DNA from: Azolla caroliniana
Taxonomy: Eukaryota > Plantae > Polypodiophyta
Length of the DNA stretch: 64,000 nucleotides
Direction: 5' to 3'
Assembly (NCBI GenBank): GCA_043228905.1
Contig: JBHGNT010000014.1
Span: 2,914,001-2,978,000, forward strand
Under the pieces are notes generated by a model. It had not been told where the DNA came from, ran no database searches, and saw only the letters and a program-made list of their open reading frames with translations. Both the position numbers and the translations under genes were made by a program. This document shows positions 26,186 to 37,650 of the stretch, piece after piece (position 1 is the first letter of the stretch; each line of letters begins with the position of its first letter).

Positions 26186-26646
26186 AACACCTCATCTCAC
26201 ATTAAAGAGATAAATGTGAGCTAACTCGTATTGAAGTAATGATGGGGATTCGTTACAAAGGGATAGGTTTTAACATGTATTGATAAAGTGTGGTTTCCCT
26301 ATTCAGGGAAGAAGATGGTTGTGTAGTTTTGGTGCAACATCTAGAATATAATGTGTGAAATGTGATCCTCCAAATATCTCCAAAGTTGTGAAATGTTAAC
26401 ATTGTAAAAAAACCTCATACACAAATGAATCTATTCAAATATCATGAAACAAAGGTGGTGCATTCCATTTTCCAGAACATATCTTCAAATCTTGACACAC
26501 AAAGTTATCCACAAAGTTTCAATCACAACTTGCTCATACGAACTTTAATATGGGAAGGCTGTAAAGTTAAGATTGAAAAAAGTTCACATTATTGTTCGAA
26601 AAAAGGAAAGAGAGAAAGGGATAAATTAGCATTCATTGAAACAAAC

Positions 26647-27570
26647 TTAGATTTTAATCCCTTTCCTAAGGACCCATTTAGTGCTAAACTTCCAGTCATA
26701 GAGAAAATAAACTCCGTCCGTAGTTACTGGAACACGCGACGAGAAACCAACATATGACTGTTCGTCCACAATGGATGCTAGATCCAACCCCGAGTAAGAT
26801 AAGAAAAGCTTCGACTTCTTCTTATCGGGTTTCCCGTTGGTCGACACGTTCTGGAAGCGCACCGAGATCTCTTGTAGGCTTGCATCGTAGTCAATGAACA
26901 CGGCAACTTTCCGGTTGATAAAACGTGTCCCGTTCCACAAGAACCGACTCTTCACCGAGTTCACACTGTTAATGTCCAAACCCACATGGGGAATTTGCGG
27001 GTCCCAACTATAGGTTACATCCCGCGAAGTGTCGATCTCCACGGCCAATGTCTTGGGGTTGGGAGTCCCGCTCGCGGGCTTCCCCGTGGCATCATCAATC
27101 TTGAAGAGACCGAAGCTCTCAGGTCCGCTCTCCCCGATATCTATGGTCGGGGTGATTGCGAACGCAATGCCGCCCCCGAACACGCGTTTCACGCTTCGCT
27201 CCGCATCCCGTTTGACGTTAATTGTGAATGCGGTCGAGAAGGACGCGGCGTACGGCGACCCTTTCTTCCATAGTTGTACCTTCTTTTTGTATTGGTAGCG
27301 CGCCGAGATGACATCATTGTCATTGGAGAAGATGATCTGGCCGGGCGGAGATGAGGGCGTGCACACGAGGTCGGGGTTTAGGCCGAGCGATTTGTCGATT
27401 TTGCACGTTAGATTAGATGCGGAGAATGGCGGGAACGAGAGACTTACACCCGTGGGCGGCTTCGGTAGAGTTAATGCCTCTGTCACCACCATCATTGTCG
27501 GGGCTAGACATAGCCATAAGGAGAGGACAGCAATTGATGATACAATGGGGAAGATGATTGGATTAGACAT
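26647..27570 (-). CDS. Secreted legume (L-type) lectin-like protein, copy 2, intronless, 307 aa
   Basis: Near-identical paralog of 23292-24212. Upstream non-coding blocks are also duplicated (gatgtagca...gggatcttcacta at ~24678 and ~27957). Confidence 0.92.
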   Translation of the reverse strand: MSNPIIFPIVSSIAVLSLWLCLAPTMMVVTEALTLPKPPTGVSLSFPPFSASNLTCKIDKSLGLNPDLVCTPSSPPGQIIFSNDNDVISARYQYKKKVQLWKKGSPYAASFSTAFTINVKRDAERSVKRVFGGGIAFAITPTIDIGESGPESFGLFKIDDATGKPASGTPNPKTLAVEIDTSRDVTYSWDPQIPHVGLDINSVNSVKSRFLWNGTRFINRKVAVFIDYDASLQEISVRFQNVSTNGKPDKKKSKLFLSYSGLDLASIVDEQSYVGFSSRVPVTTDGVYFLYDWKFSTKWVLRKGIKI

Positions 27571-30500
27571 GTTTTTTCCTAGAAATTGTTTTGAGGGGCT
27601 GAAGGGGATATGAATGTATATATAAAAGTTTGTGAACCGCCTATTCTATTGCCTTTTATTTTATGTGTGTTGGGTAAGTGTTAGTCCTATGGTGAACATG
27701 GCCCCAAGAGAGAAAAAAGCCACCATTATGTGTTGATGTCTTATTAGTCAATAATGGATTGATTGTCTTATTTATTTTATGGCAATCAAAACTTTTTGTT
27801 AGTTGGGGGAATTTTCGTTCAAAAAGGGGATAGGCCAAGATGTACACACCCCAATGCCCAATGTCGGTTTTGTAATTTAACAAGCCAATATAGATTAGAG
27901 TTCTAATATCAATCGCATCACGTCTCTCTCTCTCTCTCTCCCACATGGTTTTGCTCGATGTAGCATAACTATGTAGAGTTCAAGCTGCTTCGGGATCTTC
28001 ACTACGTCTTTATCTTTTATCTTGTCTTATCATGGTCATGATTGGCGCCAGGTCGAAAAGTTGCCCATTAGGTGTCGATGCCTTATTTGTGGGAACCTGC
28101 GATGTTGCTCAAGGGAGTTCGTTTTCTTCCATAAAGATCCCATGACAAAGGCGCCCACATTGCAATGTCAATAGGTCAAGCCCATAGTTATGATATCTAT
28201 CACATTATTCTCTCCTCCTTACCCATAGTTTTAATCCATGTAGCACAACTATGCACAATTCTACCTACTCTCGAGATTGTTGACTCTTATATATGTTTGC
28301 TTTCACATGTGTGCATCATGTTTGTATTAATAAAGACACAAAAATAAAACAACTCATCGTTACTATTGTTTAAAAATGGCCGAAATAAACTATACATTAA
28401 AAACATTTGTTTGCAATATATTCTTTTGAGAAATATATTTATCTAAATACATTTCTCCAAACTTTTCTCAAACCCTTAGAATTGTCAAAGTTAATATTGA
28501 CCCTTGAGTTTCTCAAAGTTTTTCTATGCTTTGAAAAACATTAGATTGGGATTATCTCCTCAAATCTCGAAAGGATGTGATAAAATCAAATGTCAACATT
28601 TACAAAAGAAGAAACAAGTTGGTATTTGTTTGTCCGTTATTCCTTTCCTTTATTTACCTTTGGAATCGGGATGGTGAAACTCAATCAAACAAAGAGCTTG
28701 TGACAAGCATAACATAGAATCTATGGAACAAATCCCTTATGGCATTTGTTTACAATTAGTTGCCACTACTAACTAGCTGATGAAACAAAATGATGTTTGT
28801 TACTTAATCATGGTTCAAGGTGTCACCATTATCCAATCCAACCATTTTCCTTGAAAAGTTGATAATGAGCTCAACTCTTCAATTGTTGAATGGATGTAAC
28901 AACTTTCAAGAGTCGAGCGTTCATAGAAGACAAAACAAGTTGTCTATCACATATACAAATATCTTCCATGTGTGGATAATTATAAGTTATAACATTGCAT
29001 TTAGGAGTGTGTATGTTACTCTCAAATCCAAATTTAATGTGTAAATGGTTACAACTTGCCAACGTGGTTCAACATTGTAGCGTGCAAGTGAACGACCCTT
29101 CTACTTTAATCACTTTAATATTGGCTCTTCATTCAATTCAAGATAAATATTTCACAAGGTGAAAGTACTTATTATTAGTTGGTATTTCAACCTTTTGTTG
29201 TTGACTATCCAGAATTGTACCCACTATATAACATCCTCTAATGCTCAAAAGAATAGACAAGCAACATGAAGATATGTTCAGCCTTATTTGGATGAGTAAG
29301 GAATCATTTCATCAACTTTTTGAATTGATATTTTGATAATGCTATCTTGATCATTGGCTTTTCCACAAATTTAAGTAGATAGTTTTGTAATAAAGGTGAA
29401 AGTTGAAATTTCCACCAATTTAAGATTAGATCGTTTGTATTAAAAGCAAAGGCTGAAAAGCACCAAAGTTCTAGTTCTTGAAACCCAAACTTTTTGTGTG
29501 ATGAGCCGAAGATAATGTACACTACTTTTTATACCACAATTTCATGCTTTCACATGTAATGGGTGTGTATCTTTCCATTTATTTTATCTAGATAGTACGA
29601 CGACCACTTCCAATGTAGTGTGAAGCACTCAAGAGACCCATGATATGGTTGTGTGAGCTTGTAAACAAGCATACATGATATAGGTTTCTTGGAATGAACA
29701 TGATACCAATACCAGACTATACATAGTTTCAAAATCATTGCATTATTGAGGTTGGCACATAATGTTGCCTAATAAACAACAAATAGATAGCAATTCACAT
29801 TAGGTGACGATGATTAGGAGACTTTTTTTTTGTCATGAGTGGTAGCAAGATTGCCATCTACTTTATTCTTATTCAGATATTACTAAGGGGCATTCAAATG
29901 TCATTATTGGTAGCATGACTATCACGATCCATTTAGTTAGATACTTCGATAAAGAAAACAACCTTCATTAACCATTTATAATAAAACTATGATTAGGGGA
30001 CAAGTTGTGTGCATATAACAAAGGAGAGGGATCAAACTTTGATGGTAGAAGTTGAATTGGAAGAAGTCATAAGCACAATCAACTACATGTAATCATTTTG
30101 TGTAGAGAAACACATTGGGAGCACATATTAGATAAGAAACCTTGAAAATTCATTGTCATGACACATAATATAACATTGCATCTTGTCTCAAGGATTCTAC
30201 CTCCTTCTGTCTTTCAACATTGTATGGTGACACAAAGCTTGTAACAAAGTATTAGAATTTCTACATATTTCTATAAACGAATAACATGGTAATTACCTCT
30301 TCCATATTTGAAAGGAGATGAGAGCTTTCAAATGTCGATTTCAATAAACATAAAAAGTTATCCACGAATGTATTCAATTGATGTATAGCTCAATGAAGCT
30401 GTAAATGAGGTTCAAGCTCTCAAAAATCAAAAGTAGGTGATGCATTCATACTTTTCATGCTTTTAGTGAAATGTGTGTAAAGGCTTGCGGGGTCGTTCAA

Positions 30501-31664
30501 CTCTAGAGGTTTGAAACATGATCACCTAGACTATGGACATGTATTCTAGAATATAGTGTCTTCAACTTACTTTAATTGCTTACACATTTATCTGGATTAG
30601 TTCTAGATAGTTTTTAAATATAGCATGGACATTCGTGAGATCTATAAACATGGATGATGGCACAAATTAACAAGGGGCAAAGTCAACATTGGCCATTATG
30701 TACGTTAAAAGTACACATAGAAAAGAAACTTTAGATTTCCCCACGATTTTGATATAATTTAATTATTGTGTGGCAGAGTCATGGTCTTACCTTATTAAAA
30801 ATTCTAAATTTAAATTGGTTGATAAATTTGACAATGTAGTTATTACAAGCTTAATGGACTTTCGCTTGGGGTTCGAGCAATGGGTTTGATTTGAAGCTCA
30901 TTGAAAAACTTCATGTTTATGTGTTTGAGCATTGAGGTTGTGGATACTAATCATTTGATCCCAAAACAATGGGTTTGACTATTCACTTTCAATTACCCTA
31001 GGCTTGGGAAAAATTCTTTGAAATAGCTAGTGAACATTATTGTATTGTTGACTTCCAATAAATGGGTATTGCTGGGCATTTTCATAAAGGCGGTATCATG
31101 TTGCTGAGTTTTATCCAAATTTTCATAAAGCAACATTATTGACAAATGTCCATTTATATTCAAGAGATTGGTCTATCATTTAGCAAATATGTCCGATTCT
31201 TGGATAAACCAAAAATAAAAGACTAGCAAGCCCTCTTTAAATGACATTTCTTATTAGATGATACTCACGGTTGGTTCAAATTTGGCAAATTGGCTAGCAT
31301 GGTACCTTTAAAACGTAGAAAAATTGTTTGGTCGATGCCAATTACTCTAATTAGGACTAACTAGGAAACTAATAATTTACTAGACAAGTTACCATGCCGA
31401 TTAGTTTTGAGGATCGTCACAATGTTAAGAATAGAACTTTGCACAGTAAAACAAGGTTAAGCATTGGGTATGAGATACAAAAATTACGATCTAAAGCAAG
31501 GGGGGTAAGCAAATTATTTGACCCAAGTAGGGAATAAGGCAATATATATGTTTTAATGGACAAAAAAGAGCAAATGCCGGACATTACCGTCACTTTTTTT
31601 GGTAGCTGTAGCCAATGGTTTTTCGACAATTGAGGTAGCACACAGGTAGGTGACGCATACATTT

Positions 31665-31715
<51 letters not shown>

Positions 31716-31728
31716 ACACACACACACA
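31665..31728. repeat. (TAC)n/(CA)n microsatellite upstream of lectin copy 3
   Basis: Visible directly. Confidence 0.9.
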
Positions 31729-31799
31729 TGTTCCACGGTGTCGGTTTCGTGTCATGTAGTCAGCGCAAACTATGGGCTAGTGCCAAGGGCATTATGGGA

Positions 31800-31830
31800 A
31801 TATATAAAAAACCTAAGCTCTATATATAAC
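31800..31830 (+). promoter_or_regulatory. Candidate TATA boxes for lectin copy 3
   Basis: tatataaaaa (31801) and ctatatataac (31820), 60-90 bp upstream of ATG 31890. Confidence 0.5.
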
Positions 31831-31889
31831 CCAAAAGAAGCAAGCAAGCAAGTAAACAAGCAAACCAAGTAAACCATCCACTTGGCTTG

Positions 31890-32813
31890 ATGGAGAGGCT
31901 TATCAAGATTGTGGCCATGGCGGCGGCGGTGCTACTACTTGGTGGCGGAGATTTCTTATCGGCTGAGGCGGCACCGCCACCGCCACCCGATGGCACAACC
32001 ATAACGCTCCCCCCGTTCTCTAACACCACCATGGTCTGCAGCTTCGACCCGGCCATAAACGGGGGCAAATCAACGGCCATGGCCATCTGTAGACAATCCT
32101 ACCCTACCCCTGGCCAATACATATACCTTAGCAATGACGATGAGCAAGTCTCGGCCCGGTACCAATACAAGAAGAAGGTGCAATTGTGGAAGAAAGGGTC
32201 GGCCTACGCCGCATCCTTCTCGACATGGTTCACCTTCGAGATCAGCCCCGAGATCGAGAACGACGACCAGGGCATCTTCGGTTCGGGCCTTGCCTTCGCC
32301 ATCACTCCATCCCTAAGTGTCGGCACGAGCGGGTTCGGGAGCTTAGGGCTTTTCGAGATCGATCGTGCCACGGGGAAGGCCGTGTCCAGAGGAAAGAAAT
32401 CGCCCAAGACACTTGCGGTGGAGATCGATCTTGACCGCGATTCCGAGGCATGGGACCTCGAGGCCCCACACGTGGGGCTCGATCTCAATAGCCTCCGGTC
32501 ATCGGAAGGGGCCTTCTTGTGGGATGGGTCAGGATTCGCGGGGCGACGGATCGTGGCCTTTATAGATTACGATGCCGCGAGGCACAAGCTTGAGGTGCGG
32601 TTCCAGAATGTGTCGAGCAGAGGAGTGGCGGACAAGAAGAAATCGAAGCTCTTTTTGTCGGTCTCCGGGCTGGATCTGTCGAAACATGTGAACGAGCGCT
32701 CGTACGTGGGCTTCTCGTCTCGTGTCCCCGTCACTACCCATGGTGTCTACTACATCTACAATTGGCACTTCACAACCCAATGGGTACTTAAGAAGAAGAA
32801 GAGGGCATTGTAA
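31890..32813 (+). CDS. Secreted legume (L-type) lectin-like protein, copy 3 (divergent, opposite orientation), 307 aa
   Basis: ATG at 31890, signal peptide. SARYQYKKKVQLWKKGS shared with copies 1 and 2. GSGLAFAITP, LAVEID, PHVGLDLNS, YVGFSS, WHF. Confidence 0.92.
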   Translation: MERLIKIVAMAAAVLLLGGGDFLSAEAAPPPPPDGTTITLPPFSNTTMVCSFDPAINGGKSTAMAICRQSYPTPGQYIYLSNDDEQVSARYQYKKKVQLWKKGSAYAASFSTWFTFEISPEIENDDQGIFGSGLAFAITPSLSVGTSGFGSLGLFEIDRATGKAVSRGKKSPKTLAVEIDLDRDSEAWDLEAPHVGLDLNSLRSSEGAFLWDGSGFAGRRIVAFIDYDAARHKLEVRFQNVSSRGVADKKKSKLFLSVSGLDLSKHVNERSYVGFSSRVPVTTHGVYYIYNWHFTTQWVLKKKKRAL

Positions 32814-32997
32814 GATTTTGATGGGCATCCATACATGCTTGTGAAACCCACACCTCTCTACTCCACTCTGATCTACATTATACATTTATATACATTGTAT
32901 GGCATGTCAATGTTACCATTTCTTGTCTCTTGATGATAAGGAGCCTCATAGCATGATCCCTCCTCACTTCCCGATATGTATCCGATATGTATCTGGT

Positions 32998-33214
32998 CAA
33001 TGTAGAGATTTTTGCAATGTTGTATCCGATGTTAAGGGTAAAACTTGGGTCCATGTAGAGATTTTCACAATGTTGTATGATGTATCCAACGTAAGGGTAG
33101 AACTTTGGTCCATGTAGAGATTTTCACAATGTTGTATGATGTATCCAACGTAAGGGTAGAACTTTGGTCCATGTAGAGATTTTCACAATGTTGTATCCGA
33201 TGTAAGGGTAGAAC
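32998..33214. repeat. ~61-bp minisatellite (~3.5 copies)
   Basis: catgtagagattttcacaatgttgtat...aagggtagaactttggtc units. Confidence 0.85.
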
Positions 33215-33486
33215 TTCTAACAAACAATCAATCGCCTCTCGCCCGACGATGTACCCTAATGTTTTCGACTTTTATATGGGATGCCATGTTTTAAGATCAT
33301 GTCTTTTTTGGAGGGAGGGGATCTTAGCAACTCTGGGAAGCAGTCTTGCTAAGGGCAATCAACATGTAAGTAGTTTATTCGCTCATTTTATTCACTCACT
33401 TCGGCATTGTGGGAAGCTAAAGGAGTTTGGGACAATAGAGACAAGAGGGGTTGAAGGCATGTTGGAATGGAGCTTGATTCTCTGTA

Positions 33487-33643
33487 ATGAAGGGGGCACA
33501 TGAAAAAGAGGCTTAAGAATTGCTATGGTGCATGAATTGTTTCATAAAACAAACATGTGTGGTTAGTGAAGGGGGCACATGAAAAAGAGGCTTAAGAATT
33601 GCTATGGTGCATGCATTGTTTCATAAAACAAACATGTGTGGTT
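33487..33643. repeat. ~79-bp tandem duplication
   Basis: tgaagggggcacatgaaaaagagg...atgtgtggtta occurs twice. Confidence 0.9.
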
Positions 33644-36567
33644 AAAAGGTAAGTTGTCATTCATGGGAAAATTTAGAAGAATGAGGAAGTTGTGGGAGGA
33701 ATGGGGGAAGTTAGTCATTCCTCCATTTCTTCAACACATGTTTGCAATGACTCCCCTTCATTTTCTTGAATTTTTGGCAATGACACATCATTTCAAGGAG
33801 TGGTAGAACCTCCACTACCATTGTGTGCTATGATAAGCATTTTGCCATGGAAATGATCCAAATTACCACGTTTGAAGCAATGTCTGCCCAAAAATTCTCA
33901 ATGCATTTGTATTCTTTAATATCAACCACACAAATCGTGTCGTGTATCAAGGACAGGTCATATGCATTTTGCAAGCTTAAAAGAAAGTGAATAATATAAA
34001 AAGGTACTAACCGATGATAGAAGTGAGGAATGGAAATTTTGGAGGAAAAGAGAAATGCACAACAATGGGTGTATGCATATTCTAGAAGCAAAACACACAC
34101 ACACACACACACACACACAACAGACATCCAAAGATACATAAGTAACCGTTTTCAAAAAATTGGTTTGTTTGTGGGCAAATTTCTCTATGAGATAGTGATT
34201 TTGACATCACTTATCTTTGGTCCTTTTCCTTTGATGATATACAATTGTTGAGATGGCATATAGTATATACTATTTGTATATTGCCTCGGGCCACTTTAAT
34301 TTTAATACCAATGGAGGATATTTTTTATGGATTTTTTTTTTTTCATATCGTGTATCTACTTGTTCCGAAATATGCATAACTTGTATTGATTATACACTTA
34401 AGCATTGTTGCTCTTGTGGGTTGTGATGGGGGTCTCCAAACAAAATGTTGGAGCATAGGAATAAGAAAGAAACCAATAAAGGGTTGGAGAAGGAAGGGAC
34501 AATACACTCTAAATGACCTACTATTCCACTGGCCCACCAATTAGTGTGAGGTTTTCCTAAATACATAATAACCAAGAAAGCAAAAAACAACCATCCCTTG
34601 TATATCTCCCAATGGTTTATATAAAGAGTAGGGGATGGAAATGTTACATTGGATGGCCCGTTTATTTGTTTTGACCATTCTAAAGGTTTGCTCGATGAAT
34701 TTCCACCCCTAAACTTGATGGACTTATATTCATTCCTAATTATATCACAAGTATGATGGACCCTTCCTTAGACTAGAAAACAACGACTACACTCCACTAA
34801 AACCCCAATATCTTTTCGGAACAAGGACCAAACCTTTGAATTTTTGCACACTAAAAGTTATCACAACATGTGAATATGAAGATTCAAAATGTGAATATGA
34901 AGATTCCAACTTGTGGCCCTTAATCAAAAAGGTCACATATACTCTAATCATCACACCCACTTATTTTAATTATATTTTTAGTTATTATTATTTAGAGTTA
35001 TTGGACACTGGACGCAACAAATAACCCCCAAATGGTATGCATGCATGTATGCCAAGTGGTGATCATGTGTGATCTATGTATGTTATATAAGTGAAAAATC
35101 TACTTAGTGTTGAACCATTCTAGTTCATCGCTAGTCTTCAACACTTTGTCATCTTGCTCTCTGGGTAATACAAATTCTTGTCTTCTTGTTTTGTTATTAC
35201 CTTATTTTCTTTGAATTGACATCGTCTTCGAAGCTTCGGTTGTAACAAATGAAGACTTCCCATGCTTTCCAACAAGCTACATGTCACTAAATTTGGTGAA
35301 ATTTATGTGTGTCAACTTCCTTGCACAAGACAAACTAAAAAACTATCCAAACAAGCAGCTTGCATCATCTATGTTTGTGTTTCAAACATATACAGTTATG
35401 AATATGTAAAAACTAGACCAAAGGGATTTTGAGCTCAATATACTCAAGAATAATGAACACTTTTAAACTCTAATTATATTAAGAAGAAGGCTTACAAGAT
35501 TAGAAATAGGATGAATTATATTAAGCTAAGTGGGTGTGCTTAAACGTAGATTATGTACGCCCAATGAGAGCCTACAAAATATCCAAAAGTTGAGAGAGGG
35601 ATAGACCACTCTCCAATGTTTTACTTAAATAGTGACCCAAAACAAAAGTTTGTGTGGAATTTGAATTCAAAATTACTTCCAAATTCATCCACTTTTCTCC
35701 ATTACATGGACAAGTGGGTGTATACTCTAGCAAATAAATTACTTATGTGACATTGTTAAGAAATGGTTCACACCCTCGAGCTTGCTAGATTTCTAATAAA
35801 CCTATCTCATATAATCAACCAATTGACAACAAGACCTTCGGTTGCTTGGGCATGTGGTGAACTTCATCCGATTCAAGATATTTCTTATCTTGTAAATCCA
35901 AAATTACAGATCCAATAGTGACTACCATACATTCATGGGTGTCTCCACGTATGATGGACTCAAGTTAGCAAACTTTATAATTGGTGAACCAACACTCCAT
36001 GCACATATTAGGTGATCAAGTCATCAACTATCACATAGAGCAACTTCGATTTTATTTGTCGCCCTTTTATCCTCAAACAAGTCATTAGTATCTTCGACTC
36101 CTCAATGTAGTAGTTGAGGGAGAGGGACGGAGGGAGAGAGAGTTGGATAGAACTCTGCAAGGTCACATATCATCATATTCGCCATTTGAATTGGTGTGTA
36201 GGGTGGTATTGAATTTGTTGTCGCAGTAATATTTACCTTGTTAGAATGGTTCTATACTTTGTAGTTAGTCATGGTGGTGTTTTCTTTCTTTCATAATGAA
36301 AGCCATTATTTACGAAAAGAAAAGAAAAGAGAATTGGATAGAGATGAGAAGAAAAACTTTGTAAAAGGAAAAGCGATATATTTCATTACATTGAGAGAGC
36401 ACTTTATATAGATGCTTACAAAGAAAACACTTAAGGAAGGTGCACGAAGAATCGATAATGATAGTGTTAGATATGAAGTTAATGATGATGATGATGTGGA
36501 AGATGATTGAGAACCTATTAGTTAGTCTCGCAAACAAGTAGAGCAACAATAAAATAAGATGGTTGCA

Positions 36568-36673
<106 letters not shown>

Positions 36674-37650
36674 ATTATCATCTTCGGAGGTCAAATATGA
36701 CCTATGAGACCAAAAAATATTACATTTCACGTGATATGTGTGAAAGTGAGTAATGACTCTCGATGTTCAAGAACTTTACCAATGAATGTTGCAATCGAGA
36801 GTGCACATTGTGGTTGTGGGAGGAATTCATGCAAAGATTGGGCTCGATCGAAGAGATGTGGAAAGCATGGTTGAATATGATCAAAGGCAGAGCATTGTAT
36901 CAAAGTGTGATACTTAGACTCGCGAACTTGTTTAGGGCAAAGTGTGCATAGTCGACCACTCTCATCACTTGTGAATCGAATTGGTTCTCAATAATGCCAT
37001 GTGCCTCTTTTTATAGTGTGCTTAGGAGTATTCTTGACATTTCTAGAATTTTCCAGAGAAATCTAGAATATACATGGATTTCCTAAGTGAAATAATAAAT
37101 GAAAATAATATTCTTTGTATTACATTGTATAGCTTAATGGAACTCGTCGTCTTAGATTGAGGACCTGGTTTGTCGGGATATTGTCGATGGAAGTCTTGAA
37201 TAAGAGCTCAAGCATTTGCTACTTGGAACATAGCTTAGCCAATCGACCAAATAGTAGAGCTTGTTGCGAACAATCTTGGAATCGAGGATGGCTACAACTT
37301 TGTACTTCGGTCCTACTTCAAGCTCGATCGGGGTGGAGGTAATACGATTCGGAATAGTGTTGTCTTGATAGGGTTCGAGGAGAGAACTATGAAAAACCGG
37401 ATGTATCTATAGTTACGGAGGTAGATCAAGACGAAAAGTGACAACATTAATTGTTTCGATAATACAGAAAGGACCTAATCATCGATAATCCAATTTATCG
37501 CATGGTCGAGTAGTGTTGATGTGTCGTCGTAATAGCCATACCCGATCTCCAATGTGAAAAAAGGATGGAAGCCGATGACGATCTGCATAATCCTTCTGTG
37601 TTTGTTGAGCTTAATGTAAATGGGTAGATAGGCCTGTTTATATCTTGCGT

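Noticed and set aside
23631-27613. Antisense ORFs repeated in both lectin copies
   Set aside because: Shadow frames of GC-rich duplicated coding sequence
29000-31400. Possible degraded retroelement or MITE fragments between lectins 2 and 3
   Set aside because: No TIR/TSD or protein motif could be fixed
34300-36300. Hints of very old pol fragments
   Set aside because: Too decayed to assign boundaries or class
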